Shown: positions 36,855 to 46,640 of the stretch, in pieces
Position numbering within the stretch: position 1 is the first letter of the stretch
Layout of the letters: each line of letters begins with the position of its first letter
Source of the DNA: Clostridia bacterium
GTDB taxonomy: Bacteria; Bacillota; Clostridia; Oscillospirales; QAMX01
Length of the DNA stretch: 64,000 nucleotides
Direction: 5' to 3'
NCBI GenBank assembly: GCA_017532825.1
Contig: JAFXIT010000031.1
Location: 6,613 to 70,612 of the forward strand
Translations under genes and position numbers: made by a program
The notes under the pieces: model-generated
Seen by the model: only the letters and a program-made list of their open reading frames with translations
Told to the model about the DNA's origin: nothing
The model's database searches: none

Positions 36855-38123
36855 TCATACTGCAAAGTCAAGCCTTTGGCGTATGACCTCGGCAAGCGAC
36901 TCTGCCCTTGGCTTGGGTGCGACCTGGGAAAAGGAGAGGGTACGTGGGTCGAATATCTCACGGGCAAGGGCGTTTACACCCTCGGCCGTGACCGCCTCGA
37001 GCTTTTGGCGAAGCTCGTCGGGGGTGGGTATCCTTCCGTACATCAGCATCGACTTTCCGAGGTGGGAGGAGCGTGAGGAGGTCGACTCAAGCGACATAAG
37101 AAGGGAGGCACGAAGCTGTCTTTTTATCCTCGTGACCTCGTCCTCGGTCACACCCTCCCTTGCAAGCTCGTTTAGTACCGCACCTATCTCGGCGCAGGCC
37201 TTTTCCTCGGAGGAGGGGGAACAGCCGAGGTATATTCCAAGCATACCCGTATCGGTGTGGGAGGCTACGTAGGAATAGATGCTGTAACAAAGGCCGAGCC
37301 TTTCCCTGACACGCTGAAACAGCCGTGAGGACATATTGCCGCCAAGGCAGGAGTTGAGCACCGACATCTCGTAGCGGCGTGCGGTGCCGAGCGGCAGTCC
37401 CTTAAAGGCAAGCACGATATTGCTTTGCTCGGTCGGGCGTGCTGCCGACACCGTCACGGGGCGGTATTCCGCACTTCCGACCTCGGGACGGGGTCCTTTA
37501 AGCAGGGGGGAGAACATCTCGCCTATACGCTCAAGCGCACCCTCGGGGTAGTTGCCCGCCACCGATATGACGGTCGCCAAAGAGGTGTAGTGACTGCGGA
37601 TATAGTCCCTAAGGGTCTCGGAGGTTATTTTTTCAAGGGTGGAGGGATAGCCGAGGATGGGATGTCCCAGCGGTCCGCCCTCGTAGATGCCCAGGGTGAG
37701 CTTTTCCGAGACGAGGTCTTCGGGGTTGTCCTCATACATTCCTATCTCCTCGAGAATGACCCCACGCTCGGTCTCGACCGCAGATGGGTCGAAGGCGCTG
37801 TCGGTAAGCATGGACGAAAGCAGGGAGGCAAACTCAAGCAGCTCCTCGTCAAGCACCCTTCCGTAAAAGCAGGTAAGCTCCTTTGTGGTGTAGGCGTTGA
37901 CCTCGCCGCCAAGGGTGTCTATCCTGTCGGCAAGGTCGGAGGCCGACAGGGCGGAGGTGCCCTTGAATATCATATGCTCGATGTAGTGGGAGATGCCCTC
38001 AAGCCCCACTCCTTCGCTTCGTGAGCCGCTTGCGACCCATACGCCAAGGGTCACGCTTCGAACCGAGTCCATCCTTTCGCCCACTACGGTCAGACCGCTC
38101 GGAAAGGTTTTTATTTCGTACAT
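36855..38123 (-). CDS. M16 family zinc peptidase (pitrilysin/insulinase-like)
   Basis: HYIEHMIFKGT inverted zincin motif (HxxEH); 422 aa. Confidence 0.9.
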   Translation of the reverse strand: MYEIKTFPSGLTVVGERMDSVRSVTLGVWVASGSRSEGVGLEGISHYIEHMIFKGTSALSASDLADRIDTLGGEVNAYTTKELTCFYGRVLDEELLEFASLLSSMLTDSAFDPSAVETERGVILEEIGMYEDNPEDLVSEKLTLGIYEGGPLGHPILGYPSTLEKITSETLRDYIRSHYTSLATVISVAGNYPEGALERIGEMFSPLLKGPRPEVGSAEYRPVTVSAARPTEQSNIVLAFKGLPLGTARRYEMSVLNSCLGGNMSSRLFQRVRERLGLCYSIYSYVASHTDTGMLGIYLGCSPSSEEKACAEIGAVLNELAREGVTEDEVTRIKRQLRASLLMSLESTSSRSSHLGKSMLMYGRIPTPDELRQKLEAVTAEGVNALAREIFDPRTLSFSQVAPKPRAESLAEVIRQRLDFAV

Positions 38124-38180
38124 AGCTTCTCGCCTTTCGTTTCTGATTGAGATTATTTTGCCCGTAATAATGCGCTTTAT

Positions 38181-38212
38181 AAAAGAGCAGTCGGGGTAAG
38201 ACTGCTCTTTTT
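38181..38212 (-). terminator. Terminator after plsY (hairpin usable in both directions)
   Basis: AAAGAGCAGTC-ggggtaa-GACTGCTCTTT, flanked by A-run and T-run. Confidence 0.8.
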
Positions 38213-38216
38213 GAGG

Positions 38217-38912
38217 CTATTTTTCGGAATTTTTCTCCATAAGTCCCTTGCCCTTGAAGGAAAACTTCGATTCGGTCCCCTTTATAAGGCGGACGATGTT
38301 TGAACGGTGCTTGAATATGACCAGTCCGCCCATGCCTGCGGCAATGAGGGTGTAGCCTATCGACATATCCTCGATAACGCCGGTGTAGGAGAAGATAAAT
38401 ACCATTATCGGCATTATCACGGCGGTGCAGACCGAGCCAAGGGAGATGTACTTGGTGGCAAACACGACGATAAAGAATACCGCCATGCCGATGGCAAAGA
38501 CCCTCGGGTCGTAGAGCAGCACCGTCGTTGCGGCGGTGAGAGCCCCCTTGCCGCCCTTGAAGCCGAAGTAGATGGGGTAGATGTGTCCCAAGAATACGAA
38601 TGCGCCCGAAAGCAGACGTCCCGATGCACCCTGCTCAAAGTCAAAGCTTCCGCAGTAGATCAGCTGACCGATGAGGACGGCCACAGCACAGCGGAAAATG
38701 TCTCCGAAAAGGACGATCAGTCCCTTTTTCCAACCCATCGAGCGCACGGCGTTTGTAAAGCCTGCGTTGCCCGAGCCGTAGTTGCGGATGTCCTTGTGCA
38801 TGGCAAGCTTTGAGACGATGATGGAGGTGTTGATACTTCCAAGCAGGTAGGAAATGACGGCTATAAGGGGGAACTGGAACCATGAATCAAAGAGAAATGC
38901 GGTCATGATCAA
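38217..38912 (-). CDS. plsY: Glycerol-3-phosphate acyltransferase PlsY
   Basis: GSGNAGFTN motif; polytopic. ATGA overlap with der. Confidence 0.9.
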   Translation of the reverse strand: MIMTAFLFDSWFQFPLIAVISYLLGSINTSIIVSKLAMHKDIRNYGSGNAGFTNAVRSMGWKKGLIVLFGDIFRCAVAVLIGQLIYCGSFDFEQGASGRLLSGAFVFLGHIYPIYFGFKGGKGALTAATTVLLYDPRVFAIGMAVFFIVVFATKYISLGSVCTAVIMPIMVFIFSYTGVIEDMSIGYTLIAAGMGGLVIFKHRSNIVRLIKGTESKFSFKGKGLMEKNSEK

Positions 38913-40249
38913 CCTCCGTAGGGGTCCTTGTCGTTCTTTTCGCGCACGATAAGCTTTATGGGCGTACCCTCAAAGCCGAAGGTGTCACGCAGACGGTTTT
39001 CGATGTAGCGCAGGTAGGAATAGTGGAAGAGCTTTGCATCGTTTACAAACAGCACAAAGGAGGGCGGTGTGACCGATACCTGGGTCATGTAGTAGATCTT
39101 AAGCCTCCTGCCTCGGTCGGTCGGCGGCTGAACACGTGCCGTAGCGTCGGCCAGCACGTCGTTGAGCATACCCGTCGAGACACGCTTTTTTGCCTGCTCG
39201 GCGGCGCTTACGATGGCAGAGAACATACCATCAAGCCGTGCGCCGTTCTTTGCCGAGATGAATACGATGGGGGCGTAGGTCATATATGCAAGGCCGTTTG
39301 AGACCTCGGTACGCATCTTTTCCATGGTGCCGGTCTCTTTTTCGACGGCGTCCCACTTGTTTACGGCGATGACGCAGGCCTTTCCCTTTTCGTGGGCGTA
39401 GCCTGCCACCTTGGTGTCCTGCTCGGTGACACCGTCAAGGGCGTCTATCATTATCACGCAGACGTCGCTTCGCTCGATGGCCATGAGCGCCCGAAGGACG
39501 CTGTATTTTTCCACCGCATCCTCGACCTTTGCCTTGCGGCGGATGCCTGCGGTGTCGATAAAGCAGAATCTTCCGTGCTTGTTTTCAAACTCGGCGTCGA
39601 CGCTGTCTCGGGTGGTACCCGCAACGTCGCTGACGATGACCCTCTCTTCGCCAAGCACCGCATTTATAAGGGAGGACTTTCCTGCGTTGGGCTTGCCGAT
39701 GACGGCAACGCGGATACCGTCAAAGCTGTCGTCCTCGGTCTCGGTCTCGGGGGGCATAAGCTCCATACAGGCATCCAGCAGGTCGCCCGTGCCGTTGCCG
39801 TGGAGGGAGGATATGGGCATGGGGTCGCCAAGCCCAAGATTGTAAAACTCGTAGAGGTCGGCAGGGGGTACACCCGGGGCGTCGACCTTGTTTACCGCAA
39901 GCACGATGGGCTTTTTGGCCTTCATCAGCATCTGCGACACCTCGGCGTCGGCGGCGGTCATACCCGTTTTGATGTCGGTCATAAATATGACCACGTCGGC
40001 GTGGGCGATGGCGATCTCGGCCTGCAGACGCATAAACTTCAGCATTCCGCTGTCGGCACGGGGCTCGATACCGCCCGTGTCTATTATCTTGAAGGTCCTG
40101 CCACGCCATTCGCAGCTGCCGTAAAGGCGGTCACGGGTGACACCGGGCTGGTCGTCGACTATCGAAGCACGCTGACCGGTGAGCTTGTTAAAAAGCATCG
40201 ACTTGCCGACGTTGGGTCGGCCGACGATGGCTATTACAGGTTCAGACAT
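38909..40249 (-). CDS. der: Ribosome biogenesis GTPase Der (EngA), two G-domains
   Basis: GRPNVGKSMLFN and GKPNAGKSSLIN P-loops, plus a KH-like C-terminus. Confidence 0.95.
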   Translation of the reverse strand: MSEPVIAIVGRPNVGKSMLFNKLTGQRASIVDDQPGVTRDRLYGSCEWRGRTFKIIDTGGIEPRADSGMLKFMRLQAEIAIAHADVVIFMTDIKTGMTAADAEVSQMLMKAKKPIVLAVNKVDAPGVPPADLYEFYNLGLGDPMPISSLHGNGTGDLLDACMELMPPETETEDDSFDGIRVAVIGKPNAGKSSLINAVLGEERVIVSDVAGTTRDSVDAEFENKHGRFCFIDTAGIRRKAKVEDAVEKYSVLRALMAIERSDVCVIMIDALDGVTEQDTKVAGYAHEKGKACVIAVNKWDAVEKETGTMEKMRTEVSNGLAYMTYAPIVFISAKNGARLDGMFSAIVSAAEQAKKRVSTGMLNDVLADATARVQPPTDRGRRLKIYYMTQVSVTPPSFVLFVNDAKLFHYSYLRYIENRLRDTFGFEGTPIKLIVREKNDKDPYGG

Positions 40250-41558
40250 TTCCTTCCTCCTTGTTTGTCATTGCCCTGAGCAGGGCATATCCGTCGTTTT
40301 TGACGGGAAGTATATCGGTCGAAAGCAGTTTCTCGGCTTGGGCGGGGGTCATATCGTCAAGGAATACCTCTCCGTCGTAGCGGAGCATGCTTGCAGAGAT
40401 CAGAAGGCGGCTGCCAAGGTCCCTGCCCGATAACTGCTCGGTAAGGTCCTTTCCGGTTATCAGCCCTGCGACGGTTATCCTCTTTCCGAAGAAGCGGTTT
40501 TCAATGACGTAGACACGTCCGTGTATATTATGACACTTTTTCTCCAAAAGGTCAACAAGCTCCCTCATAAGTCCTGCCGCAGAGACTCCCGTGGCGACGG
40601 AAAATTCAAAGGGAGCTACCGACTCGGGGTCAAGCTCCTCAAGAGCATCGACAAACTCGGTGCGAAGGGAGGTGAGCAGTCCCACCCCGTTTTCTATCTG
40701 GGGATAGCCCTCGTACTCCTCCTCCGATGGGAGGGGAAGCTCGGCGGTGAGATAAAACTCGTCCGAGCCGTAGACTATGCGGCTGCCGTGAAGGTAGAGA
40801 TTGTGATCGGCAAACTCCGAAATTATCGAAAGTATCTCCCTTGCATCCTGCTTTTCTACCGCACGGAGCGGGGGAAGCCCCTCTCGGTGGTCGGTAAGCC
40901 CTACGGGTACGACCGCTACCGAGGCTACCTGCGGCCAGAGGGCGCAGAGGTCGGTAAGACTGCGGCGAAGCACCTCCCCGTCGTTTATGTCGGGGCAGAC
41001 CACTATCTGGCAGTTTACGGTGATGCCGTGTGCGGCAAAGGTCTTTAGGGTGTCAAGACAGCTCCCCGCAAAGCGGTTTGAGAGCATACTGCATCGCACC
41101 TCGGGGTCGGTTGCGTGGACCGAGACGTTTATGGGGCTTATGCGAAGGTCGCAGATGCGGCGGATCTGACGCTCGTCGAGATTCGTAAGGGTGATGTAGC
41201 TGCCCGTAAGAAAGCTCAGGCGCAGGTCGTCGTCCTTAAAATAAAGGCTTTGGCGCATACCCTTTGGCAGCTGGTCGATAAAGCAGAAAACGCACTTGTT
41301 TCTGCAGGAGGTCTCCTTGCAGATAAGGGGATTTTCGAAATCGAGCCCGAGGGGCTCATAGTCGGGGTTTTTTATCTTTACGGTAAAGGTCTTATTGCCG
41401 TCCGAAAGGAGGAGCTTTAGGCGTTTGTCGGTCGAAAAAAAGCGGTAGTCGAGTATATCTTCTATCGCATGAGAGTTTATTGAGATGAGATCGAGGCCGG
41501 GGACGATGCCCGCACGCTCTGCGGGGCTTCCCGGAGCGACCGAGGTGATAAGGGCCAT
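40242..41558 (-). CDS. DUF512 protein (PDZ plus radical-SAM-like domain)
   Basis: N-terminal PDZ (VAPGSPAERAGIVPGLDLISINSH) and a Cys cluster CRNKCVFCF. Usual clostridial position upstream of der. Confidence 0.85.
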   Translation of the reverse strand: MALITSVAPGSPAERAGIVPGLDLISINSHAIEDILDYRFFSTDKRLKLLLSDGNKTFTVKIKNPDYEPLGLDFENPLICKETSCRNKCVFCFIDQLPKGMRQSLYFKDDDLRLSFLTGSYITLTNLDERQIRRICDLRISPINVSVHATDPEVRCSMLSNRFAGSCLDTLKTFAAHGITVNCQIVVCPDINDGEVLRRSLTDLCALWPQVASVAVVPVGLTDHREGLPPLRAVEKQDAREILSIISEFADHNLYLHGSRIVYGSDEFYLTAELPLPSEEEYEGYPQIENGVGLLTSLRTEFVDALEELDPESVAPFEFSVATGVSAAGLMRELVDLLEKKCHNIHGRVYVIENRFFGKRITVAGLITGKDLTEQLSGRDLGSRLLISASMLRYDGEVFLDDMTPAQAEKLLSTDILPVKNDGYALLRAMTNKEEGNV

Positions 41559-41631
41559 AAGCTACCCCTTTTTAGCATTCGGGGGAGTACGCAAGCGTAC
41601 CCCCCTGATGTTTCCCGTTTGAATTTCTCGG

Positions 41632-41823
41632 TCAGTCGTTGTTGTTTTCGGTCTTGACAACGGCACGGTCATTGTAGTAACCGCAGCTCTTGCACATTCT
41701 GTGCGGGAGTCTGGCGGCGCCGCACTTGGGGCAGGTGACCAGACCGGGCAGCGAAATCTTCCAGTGAGAATTACGCCTGGTATCGCGGCGGGCCTTTGAT
41801 GTTTTACCCTTAGGAACTGCCAT
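41632..41823 (-). CDS. rpmF: 50S ribosomal protein L32 (C+ zinc form)
   Basis: MAVPKGKTSKARRDTRRNSHWK; CPKCG...CKSCG. Confidence 0.95.
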   Translation of the reverse strand: MAVPKGKTSKARRDTRRNSHWKISLPGLVTCPKCGAARLPHRMCKSCGYYNDRAVVKTENNND

Positions 41824-41903
41824 ATTCGTCTACCTCCTGTTCGTAATGGGGGAAAACCCCTTGGGAATCCCCCCTGGGGAGATCCGTGTTATATCTTCAA
41901 GGA

Positions 41904-42404
41904 TTATTCGTCCTTCTGAAGCAATGCTTTGAGCTTTTCGAGCCTGGGGTCGATGGGCTTTGAACAGCCGCAGGGCCCCTCGTTGAGATTTTTGCCGCAC
42001 CGGGGGCAGATCCCCTTGCAGTCCTCACGGCAGAGTATACGCATGTCCATGTTCAGCACGACGGCATCCTCTGCCGCGGCGTCCATATCGAAGCTGTCTC
42101 CGCTGTAAAAGAGTGCATCGTCAAGGTCGGACTCCTCCGAGTCGGGGAGCAGCACGGCGTCGATAGATGGGACGTAGTCCTTTTCCACCGCACAGCCGCA
42201 GCTTGCACAGTCGGTGCTCAGCCGACAGGCGACCGTTGCCTTCAGGGCAAGTACTCCCGCGCGGTTTTCGACGTACCCCTCCACCCTCGAATCGGGCAGG
42301 ATGGGCCTCTCACCGAAGAAGTCGAGCTCGCTTAGGTCGAGCGTGTAGGAAAAATCTACCCGTTCAACGGCCTGAGCCAAAAGGTCTCGCAGATCGATGA
42401 GCAT
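41904..42404 (-). CDS. YceD/DUF177 family protein
   Basis: ATG 42404 follows an AAAGGGG RBS. C-terminal CxxxCxGxCxxCG..N cluster. Immediately upstream of rpmF as usual. Confidence 0.85.
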   Translation of the reverse strand: MLIDLRDLLAQAVERVDFSYTLDLSELDFFGERPILPDSRVEGYVENRAGVLALKATVACRLSTDCASCGCAVEKDYVPSIDAVLLPDSEESDLDDALFYSGDSFDMDAAAEDAVVLNMDMRILCREDCKGICPRCGKNLNEGPCGCSKPIDPRLEKLKALLQKDE

Positions 42405-42483
42405 GACAAAAACCCCTTTACGGAAATAGCGCAAAAGCAATTATACATTTTATTGTCGGTTTTGTCAAGAGAAAAATTGAAAA

Positions 42484-42735
42484 TCAGTAATTTTTTTCGG
42501 GAACTATTCGGTCGCCGTGGGAAATAAGGGGTGCAGAGTCAATAAAAACACCCTCCTGACGTGCCTGCGCTATGGCAAAGGACATCCAACTCTCGGCGGC
42601 GTTCATCTCGTATATGGCCGCATCTATGAGATTTGGGTCGGTCGCCTCGGAAAACATCCTCCGTGCGTGGGCGTATCTTTCGCCTGCGGCACGCCAGAGC
42701 TTGCGGATAGGGTCGGCAGTTTTCATTTTTTTCAC
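42484..42735 (-). CDS. DUF2508 (YaaL-like) small protein
   Basis: 83 aa. The TDPNLIDAAIYEMNAAESWMSFAIAQARQEG pattern is typical of the family. Confidence 0.7.
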   Translation of the reverse strand: MKKMKTADPIRKLWRAAGERYAHARRMFSEATDPNLIDAAIYEMNAAESWMSFAIAQARQEGVFIDSAPLISHGDRIVPEKNY

Positions 42736-42946
42736 CTCTGTAAAGTTTGGGCGTATATTTTACTCTATGCGTGCAACAATAGAAAAAGACCGAAGCTGCG
42801 GACCCATATAAGAGCCGTCTTGTTACAGGCGGACGGATCGGCAGGGTCGGTCCGTCCGCAGAGATCGACAGGGGCTGCTGTGGGTCTGTGCAGACCTTTC
42901 AGGAGGGGCAAACGCCCCTCCTTCCTACATATATAATATATACACC

Positions 42947-42975
42947 TTGAAAAAGATCCCCAAGGGGTGTATAAT
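42947..42975 (+). promoter_or_regulatory. Promoter of nagA
   Basis: TTGAAA, 17 nt, TATAAT; an AAAGGGGGA RBS precedes ATG 43000. Confidence 0.65.
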
Positions 42976-42999
42976 ATCCCCTAAAGGGGGACGGTAAAA

Positions 43000-44118
43000 A
43001 TGATCGTCAAAAACGGACTTGTATTAAACGGAAGCTTCGAGCTTGAAAAGAGCACCCTCTGCGCCGAGGGCGGATATATCTCCGAGAGCGCCTCGGGTGA
43101 GACCGTCGATGCCGAGGGCTGCTACGTCCTGCCCGGGCTTGTGGATATTCACACCCACGGCTGCGGCGGTGCCGATGCAAGCAGGGGAAGCGATGCGACC
43201 TTTGACCGTCTGAGCCTCTGCCAGGGAAATATCGGCGTTACCTCCTTTTGCGCTACCACCATGACCTGCCCCCTTGAACAGATAGAAGCCACCCTTGCCG
43301 CCGCAGGCAGTTACATTATAAATAAAAAGGACCATCCCGGAGCGAGGATGGTCGGGGTATACCTTGAGGGTCCCTTTATAAACGTCGAGAAAAAGGGCGC
43401 CCAGAGGGCAGAGTGTGTCCTCCCTCCCTCAAGGGAGCTTTTTGAACGCCTGCAGGCGGTCTCCCAAAACAATATCCGCATTGCGGCTATCGCTCCCGAG
43501 GTCGAGGGCGGACTTGATTTTATAAGGGAGCTTTCCAAAACGGTCAACCTTTCGGTCGCACACACCACCGCCGACTATGACACCGCAAAAGCGGCCTTTG
43601 CGATCGGTGCAAGACACGTTACCCACCTCTTTAACGCCATGCCCCCCTTTACCCACCGTGCCCCCGGCGTCGTGGGTGCGGCGTTTGACGGCGGAGCGGT
43701 CTGTGAGCTCATCTGCGACGGGGTACATATCCATCCGAGCGTGATACGTGCCTGCTTTGGGATGATGCCGGGGCGGATAAACCTCGTCTCCGACTCCACC
43801 GAGGCGACGGGTATGCCCGAGGGTGAGTACGACCTCGGCGGCCAGCGGGTCTACGTAAGGGACCGCACCGTCACCCTTGCCGACGGCACCATCGCAGGCT
43901 CTGCGACAAACCTTACCGACGGCGTGCGAAACTGCGTCCGCTTCGGCATACCCCTTGAGGATGCGGTGAGGGCGGCAAGCCTCGTTCCCGCAGGGGAGAT
44001 AGGGCTGGAAGGCGAGATAGGCAGCCTTGAGGTCGGAAAAAGAGCCGATTTCATACTCCTTTCCCAAAAAGACCTTGCATTGAAGGGCGTTTTCGTCGGA
44101 GGCAGACGCATCGCCTGA
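43000..44118 (+). CDS. nagA: N-acetylglucosamine-6-phosphate deacetylase
   Basis: GLVDIHTHGCGG metal-binding motif; 372 aa amidohydrolase. Confidence 0.9.
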   Translation: MIVKNGLVLNGSFELEKSTLCAEGGYISESASGETVDAEGCYVLPGLVDIHTHGCGGADASRGSDATFDRLSLCQGNIGVTSFCATTMTCPLEQIEATLAAAGSYIINKKDHPGARMVGVYLEGPFINVEKKGAQRAECVLPPSRELFERLQAVSQNNIRIAAIAPEVEGGLDFIRELSKTVNLSVAHTTADYDTAKAAFAIGARHVTHLFNAMPPFTHRAPGVVGAAFDGGAVCELICDGVHIHPSVIRACFGMMPGRINLVSDSTEATGMPEGEYDLGGQRVYVRDRTVTLADGTIAGSATNLTDGVRNCVRFGIPLEDAVRAASLVPAGEIGLEGEIGSLEVGKRADFILLSQKDLALKGVFVGGRRIA

Positions 44119-44185
44119 AAAAAGATCAAAAAAATCAAAAAATTTCAAAAAACCGCTTGACAAGACCCTTGGATTATGATATTAT
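44117..44185 (+). promoter_or_regulatory. S10-operon promoter with phased A-tract UP element
   Basis: AAAAAAGATC AAAAAAATC AAAAAATTTC AAAAAA at 44117-44153, then TTGACA (44157-44162), 17 nt, TATTAT (44180-44185). Confidence 0.7.
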
Positions 44186-44638
44186 AATCGAGCGTCACCA
44201 TGGAACAGCGATGATGCGGGAGGTTGCTGCAAGAATTTGCAGGTTTTTCCGCGGAGTATGTCCGGAGGAACGACAGGTTCCTCGCAATCGGGCGGTTGGG
44301 AAATTTTTCTCACATGGGTTAGATGCTGTGACCGTACTGCGGCCGGATCCCGTCCGGGAAGTGCCCCGAGCTTCGGAGTAACCCCGATCTTTCGGACGTG
44401 AAGGCAGGAGTCACAGCGTTTTTCTGCCGGTTTGCGAGCCGCTTCCTGGAAGCAAAGCTTCAAAAAGGAAGCCGCAAGTGCCGGTTAAATTTATGACCTT
44501 TTTGTGAAACGCTTGGCAGCGTGTATGGAAAAAATCCCGTCCGTACGGTAAAAAAGAGCGGCGGCGTCCCAAAGGGGCGCGGGTGGCGACTACATTATAT
44601 AACAGCCGTCTATCGTACGAAAATCAGGAGGAAGAAAA
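44186..44638 (+). promoter_or_regulatory. Long (~450 nt) structured 5' leader of the S10 operon; class not recognised
   Basis: Several strong helices. These include GCTGTGAC (44325) pairing with GTCACAGC (44410) followed by GTTTTTCT, and a nested hairpin at 44427-44484. No credible ORF. Confidence 0.5.
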
Positions 44639-44950
44639 ATGGCACAATCCGACAAGATCAGGATCAGACTCAAGGCTTACGATCACCAGCTGGCAGACCA
44701 GTCGGCCGAAAAGATCGTCGAGACCGCTAAGCGCACCGGCGCAAAGGTCTCCGGACCCATCCCGCTGCCCACCGAGAAGGAGATCGTCACCATACTCCGC
44801 GCAGTCCACAAGTATAAGGACAGCCGTGAGCAGTTCGAGCGCCGCACCCACAAGCGCTTGATAGACATCCTCAAGCCCACCCCCAAGACCGTCGAGGCTC
44901 TTATGTCCCTCGAGCTCCCCTCGGGCGTTGAGATCGAGATCAAACTGTAG
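44639..44950 (+). CDS. rpsJ: 30S ribosomal protein S10
   Basis: [16 protein letters not shown]; AGGAGG RBS; first gene of the cluster. Confidence 0.97.
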   Translation: MAQSDKIRIRLKAYDHQLADQSAEKIVETAKRTGAKVSGPIPLPTEKEIVTILRAVHKYKDSREQFERRTHKRLIDILKPTPKTVEALMSLELPSGVEIEIKL

Positions 44951-45031
44951 TGTTTCCGGTTCCGTAAGCACGGAACGGGTCACGTTGGCCGCGAGGTCAA
45001 CCAATAACCATATTTGAAGGAAGGCAAAAAA

Positions 45032-45667
45032 ATGAAGAAAGCGATCATTGGCAGAAAAGTAGGCATGACCCAGATCTTCGATGCCGACGGAAAGGTCATT
45101 CCGGTCACCGTTATCGAGGCCGGCCCCTGCGTCGTGCTGCAGAAGAAGACTGCCGAAAAGGAAGGCTACGAATCCATCCAGCTCGGATTTGAGGACGTAG
45201 CGGAAAAGAAGCTCAGCAAGGGCGAGCGCGGACATCTGGCCAAGGCCGGCACCGCACTCAAGAAGGTCCTCAAGGAGTTCGCTCTTGACGACTGCTCGGC
45301 CTACAACGTAGGCGATATAGTCAAGGCTGACGTATTTGCAGAAGGCGACAGAGTTGACATTCAGGGCACCTCCAAGGGCCACGGTTATTCCGGCGTCGTA
45401 AAGCGCTGGGGCCAGGGTGAGCAGATGCACACCCACGGCGTAGGCCCTGTCCACCGTTCCCCCGGCTCCATGGGAGCCAACACCGACCCCTCCCGCGTAA
45501 TGCCCGGCAAGAAGCTGGCCGGCCACTTCGGTGTGGAGACCGTCACCGTCCAGAATCTTGACGTTGTTAAGATCGACGCTGACAAGAACATCCTCGCGGT
45601 CCGCGGCGCAGTCCCCGGCCCCAAGGGCGGCATCGTGTTCGTCAAGAACACCTGCAAGAACAAGTAG
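45032..45667 (+). CDS. rplC: 50S ribosomal protein L3
   Basis: [16 protein letters not shown] from ATG 45032, after GAAGGAAGG; the track's TTG 45014 is rejected. Confidence 0.97.
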   Translation: MKKAIIGRKVGMTQIFDADGKVIPVTVIEAGPCVVLQKKTAEKEGYESIQLGFEDVAEKKLSKGERGHLAKAGTALKKVLKEFALDDCSAYNVGDIVKADVFAEGDRVDIQGTSKGHGYSGVVKRWGQGEQMHTHGVGPVHRSPGSMGANTDPSRVMPGKKLAGHFGVETVTVQNLDVVKIDADKNILAVRGAVPGPKGGIVFVKNTCKNK

Positions 45668-45695
45668 ACCCGAAGAAGGAGGACATTGACTTACA

Positions 45696-46319
45696 ATGCT
45701 TAAGACAACCGTTTATGATATGACCGGCGCTTCCGTCGGCGAGGTTGAGCTTTCCGAGGCCCTCTTCGGCGTCGAGCCCAACGTTGCGGCAATGCACGAA
45801 GCGGTCAAGAACCACCTCGCTAACTGCCGTCAGGGAACCCAGTCGGCCCTCACCAGAGCCGAAGTCAGCGGCGGCGGCAAGAAGCCCTGGCGCCAGAAGG
45901 GCACCGGCAGAGCCAGACAGGGCTCCACCCGTGCTGTCCAGTGGACCCACGGCGGTATCGCCTTCGCTCCCAAGCCCCGCACCTACCGTTACACTATCAA
46001 CAAGAAGCTCAAGAGATTGGCTCTTGTCAGCGCCCTGTCGGCCAAGTTCGCCGACAACGGCATAGTTGTTATCGACGAGATCAAGGTCGAAGCCCCCTCC
46101 ACCAAGACCTTCGCCGGCTTCCTCAAGGCCGTAAACGCCGAAAAGAAGCCCCTGGTCCTCACCGCTTCGGCTGACCGCAACGCCGCTCTCTCCGCCCGCA
46201 ACATTCCCGGTGCGAAGACTGCAATGGCCTCGCTGATCAACACCTACGATGTTCTCAACTGCGACAAGCTCGTCCTTGACAAGGCTTCGCTCAACATCCT
46301 CGGGGAGGTATTTGCGTAA
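45696..46319 (+). CDS. rplD: 50S ribosomal protein L4
   Basis: Conserved KPWRQKGTGRARQGS; operon order. Confidence 0.97.
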   Translation: MLKTTVYDMTGASVGEVELSEALFGVEPNVAAMHEAVKNHLANCRQGTQSALTRAEVSGGGKKPWRQKGTGRARQGSTRAVQWTHGGIAFAPKPRTYRYTINKKLKRLALVSALSAKFADNGIVVIDEIKVEAPSTKTFAGFLKAVNAEKKPLVLTASADRNAALSARNIPGAKTAMASLINTYDVLNCDKLVLDKASLNILGEVFA

Positions 46320-46618
46320 TGAAAGCAGCAACCGATATAATCGTAAGACCCATCGTTACCGAGCGCAGCATGGCCGGAGCCGCTGAGCACAAGTACACCT
46401 TTGAGGTCGCCAAGGACGCCGGCAAGATCGAGATCGCCCGCGCCGTCGAGGAGCTCTTCGACGTCAAGGTCGAGGCCGTCAACACCATCACCGTCCACGC
46501 CAAGGCAGCCCGCCTCAACGCCGGCTCGCCCGCAGGCACTCGCAAGGCCTGGAAGAAGGCAATCGTTAAGCTGACTGCCGACTCCAAGACCATCGGCTTC
46601 TTCGACAGCCTGATGTAA
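46319..46618 (+). CDS. rplW: 50S ribosomal protein L23
   Basis: 99 aa; [10 protein letters not shown]; TAATG overlap with rplD. Confidence 0.97.
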   Translation: MKAATDIIVRPIVTERSMAGAAEHKYTFEVAKDAGKIEIARAVEELFDVKVEAVNTITVHAKAARLNAGSPAGTRKAWKKAIVKLTADSKTIGFFDSLM

Positions 46619-46640
46619 TCGCGGTAAAGGAGATAAAATA

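Noticed and set aside
44157-44463. ORFs 44157-44381 (+) and 44182-44463 (-) inside the S10 leader
   Set aside because: The + ORF starts at the TTG of the -35 hexamer itself. Neither ORF has an RBS, and the translations are R/P/C-rich nonsense. The region is better explained as structured RNA.
44186-44638. Identity of the S10 leader as RNase P RNA, tmRNA or 6S RNA
   Set aside because: It lacks the RNase P P4 signatures (GAGGAAAGUCC / ACAGAA). It has no tRNA-like 3' end or tag ORF as tmRNA would. It also lacks the single long irregular hairpin with a central bubble expected of 6S RNA. I could not assign it to any known class.
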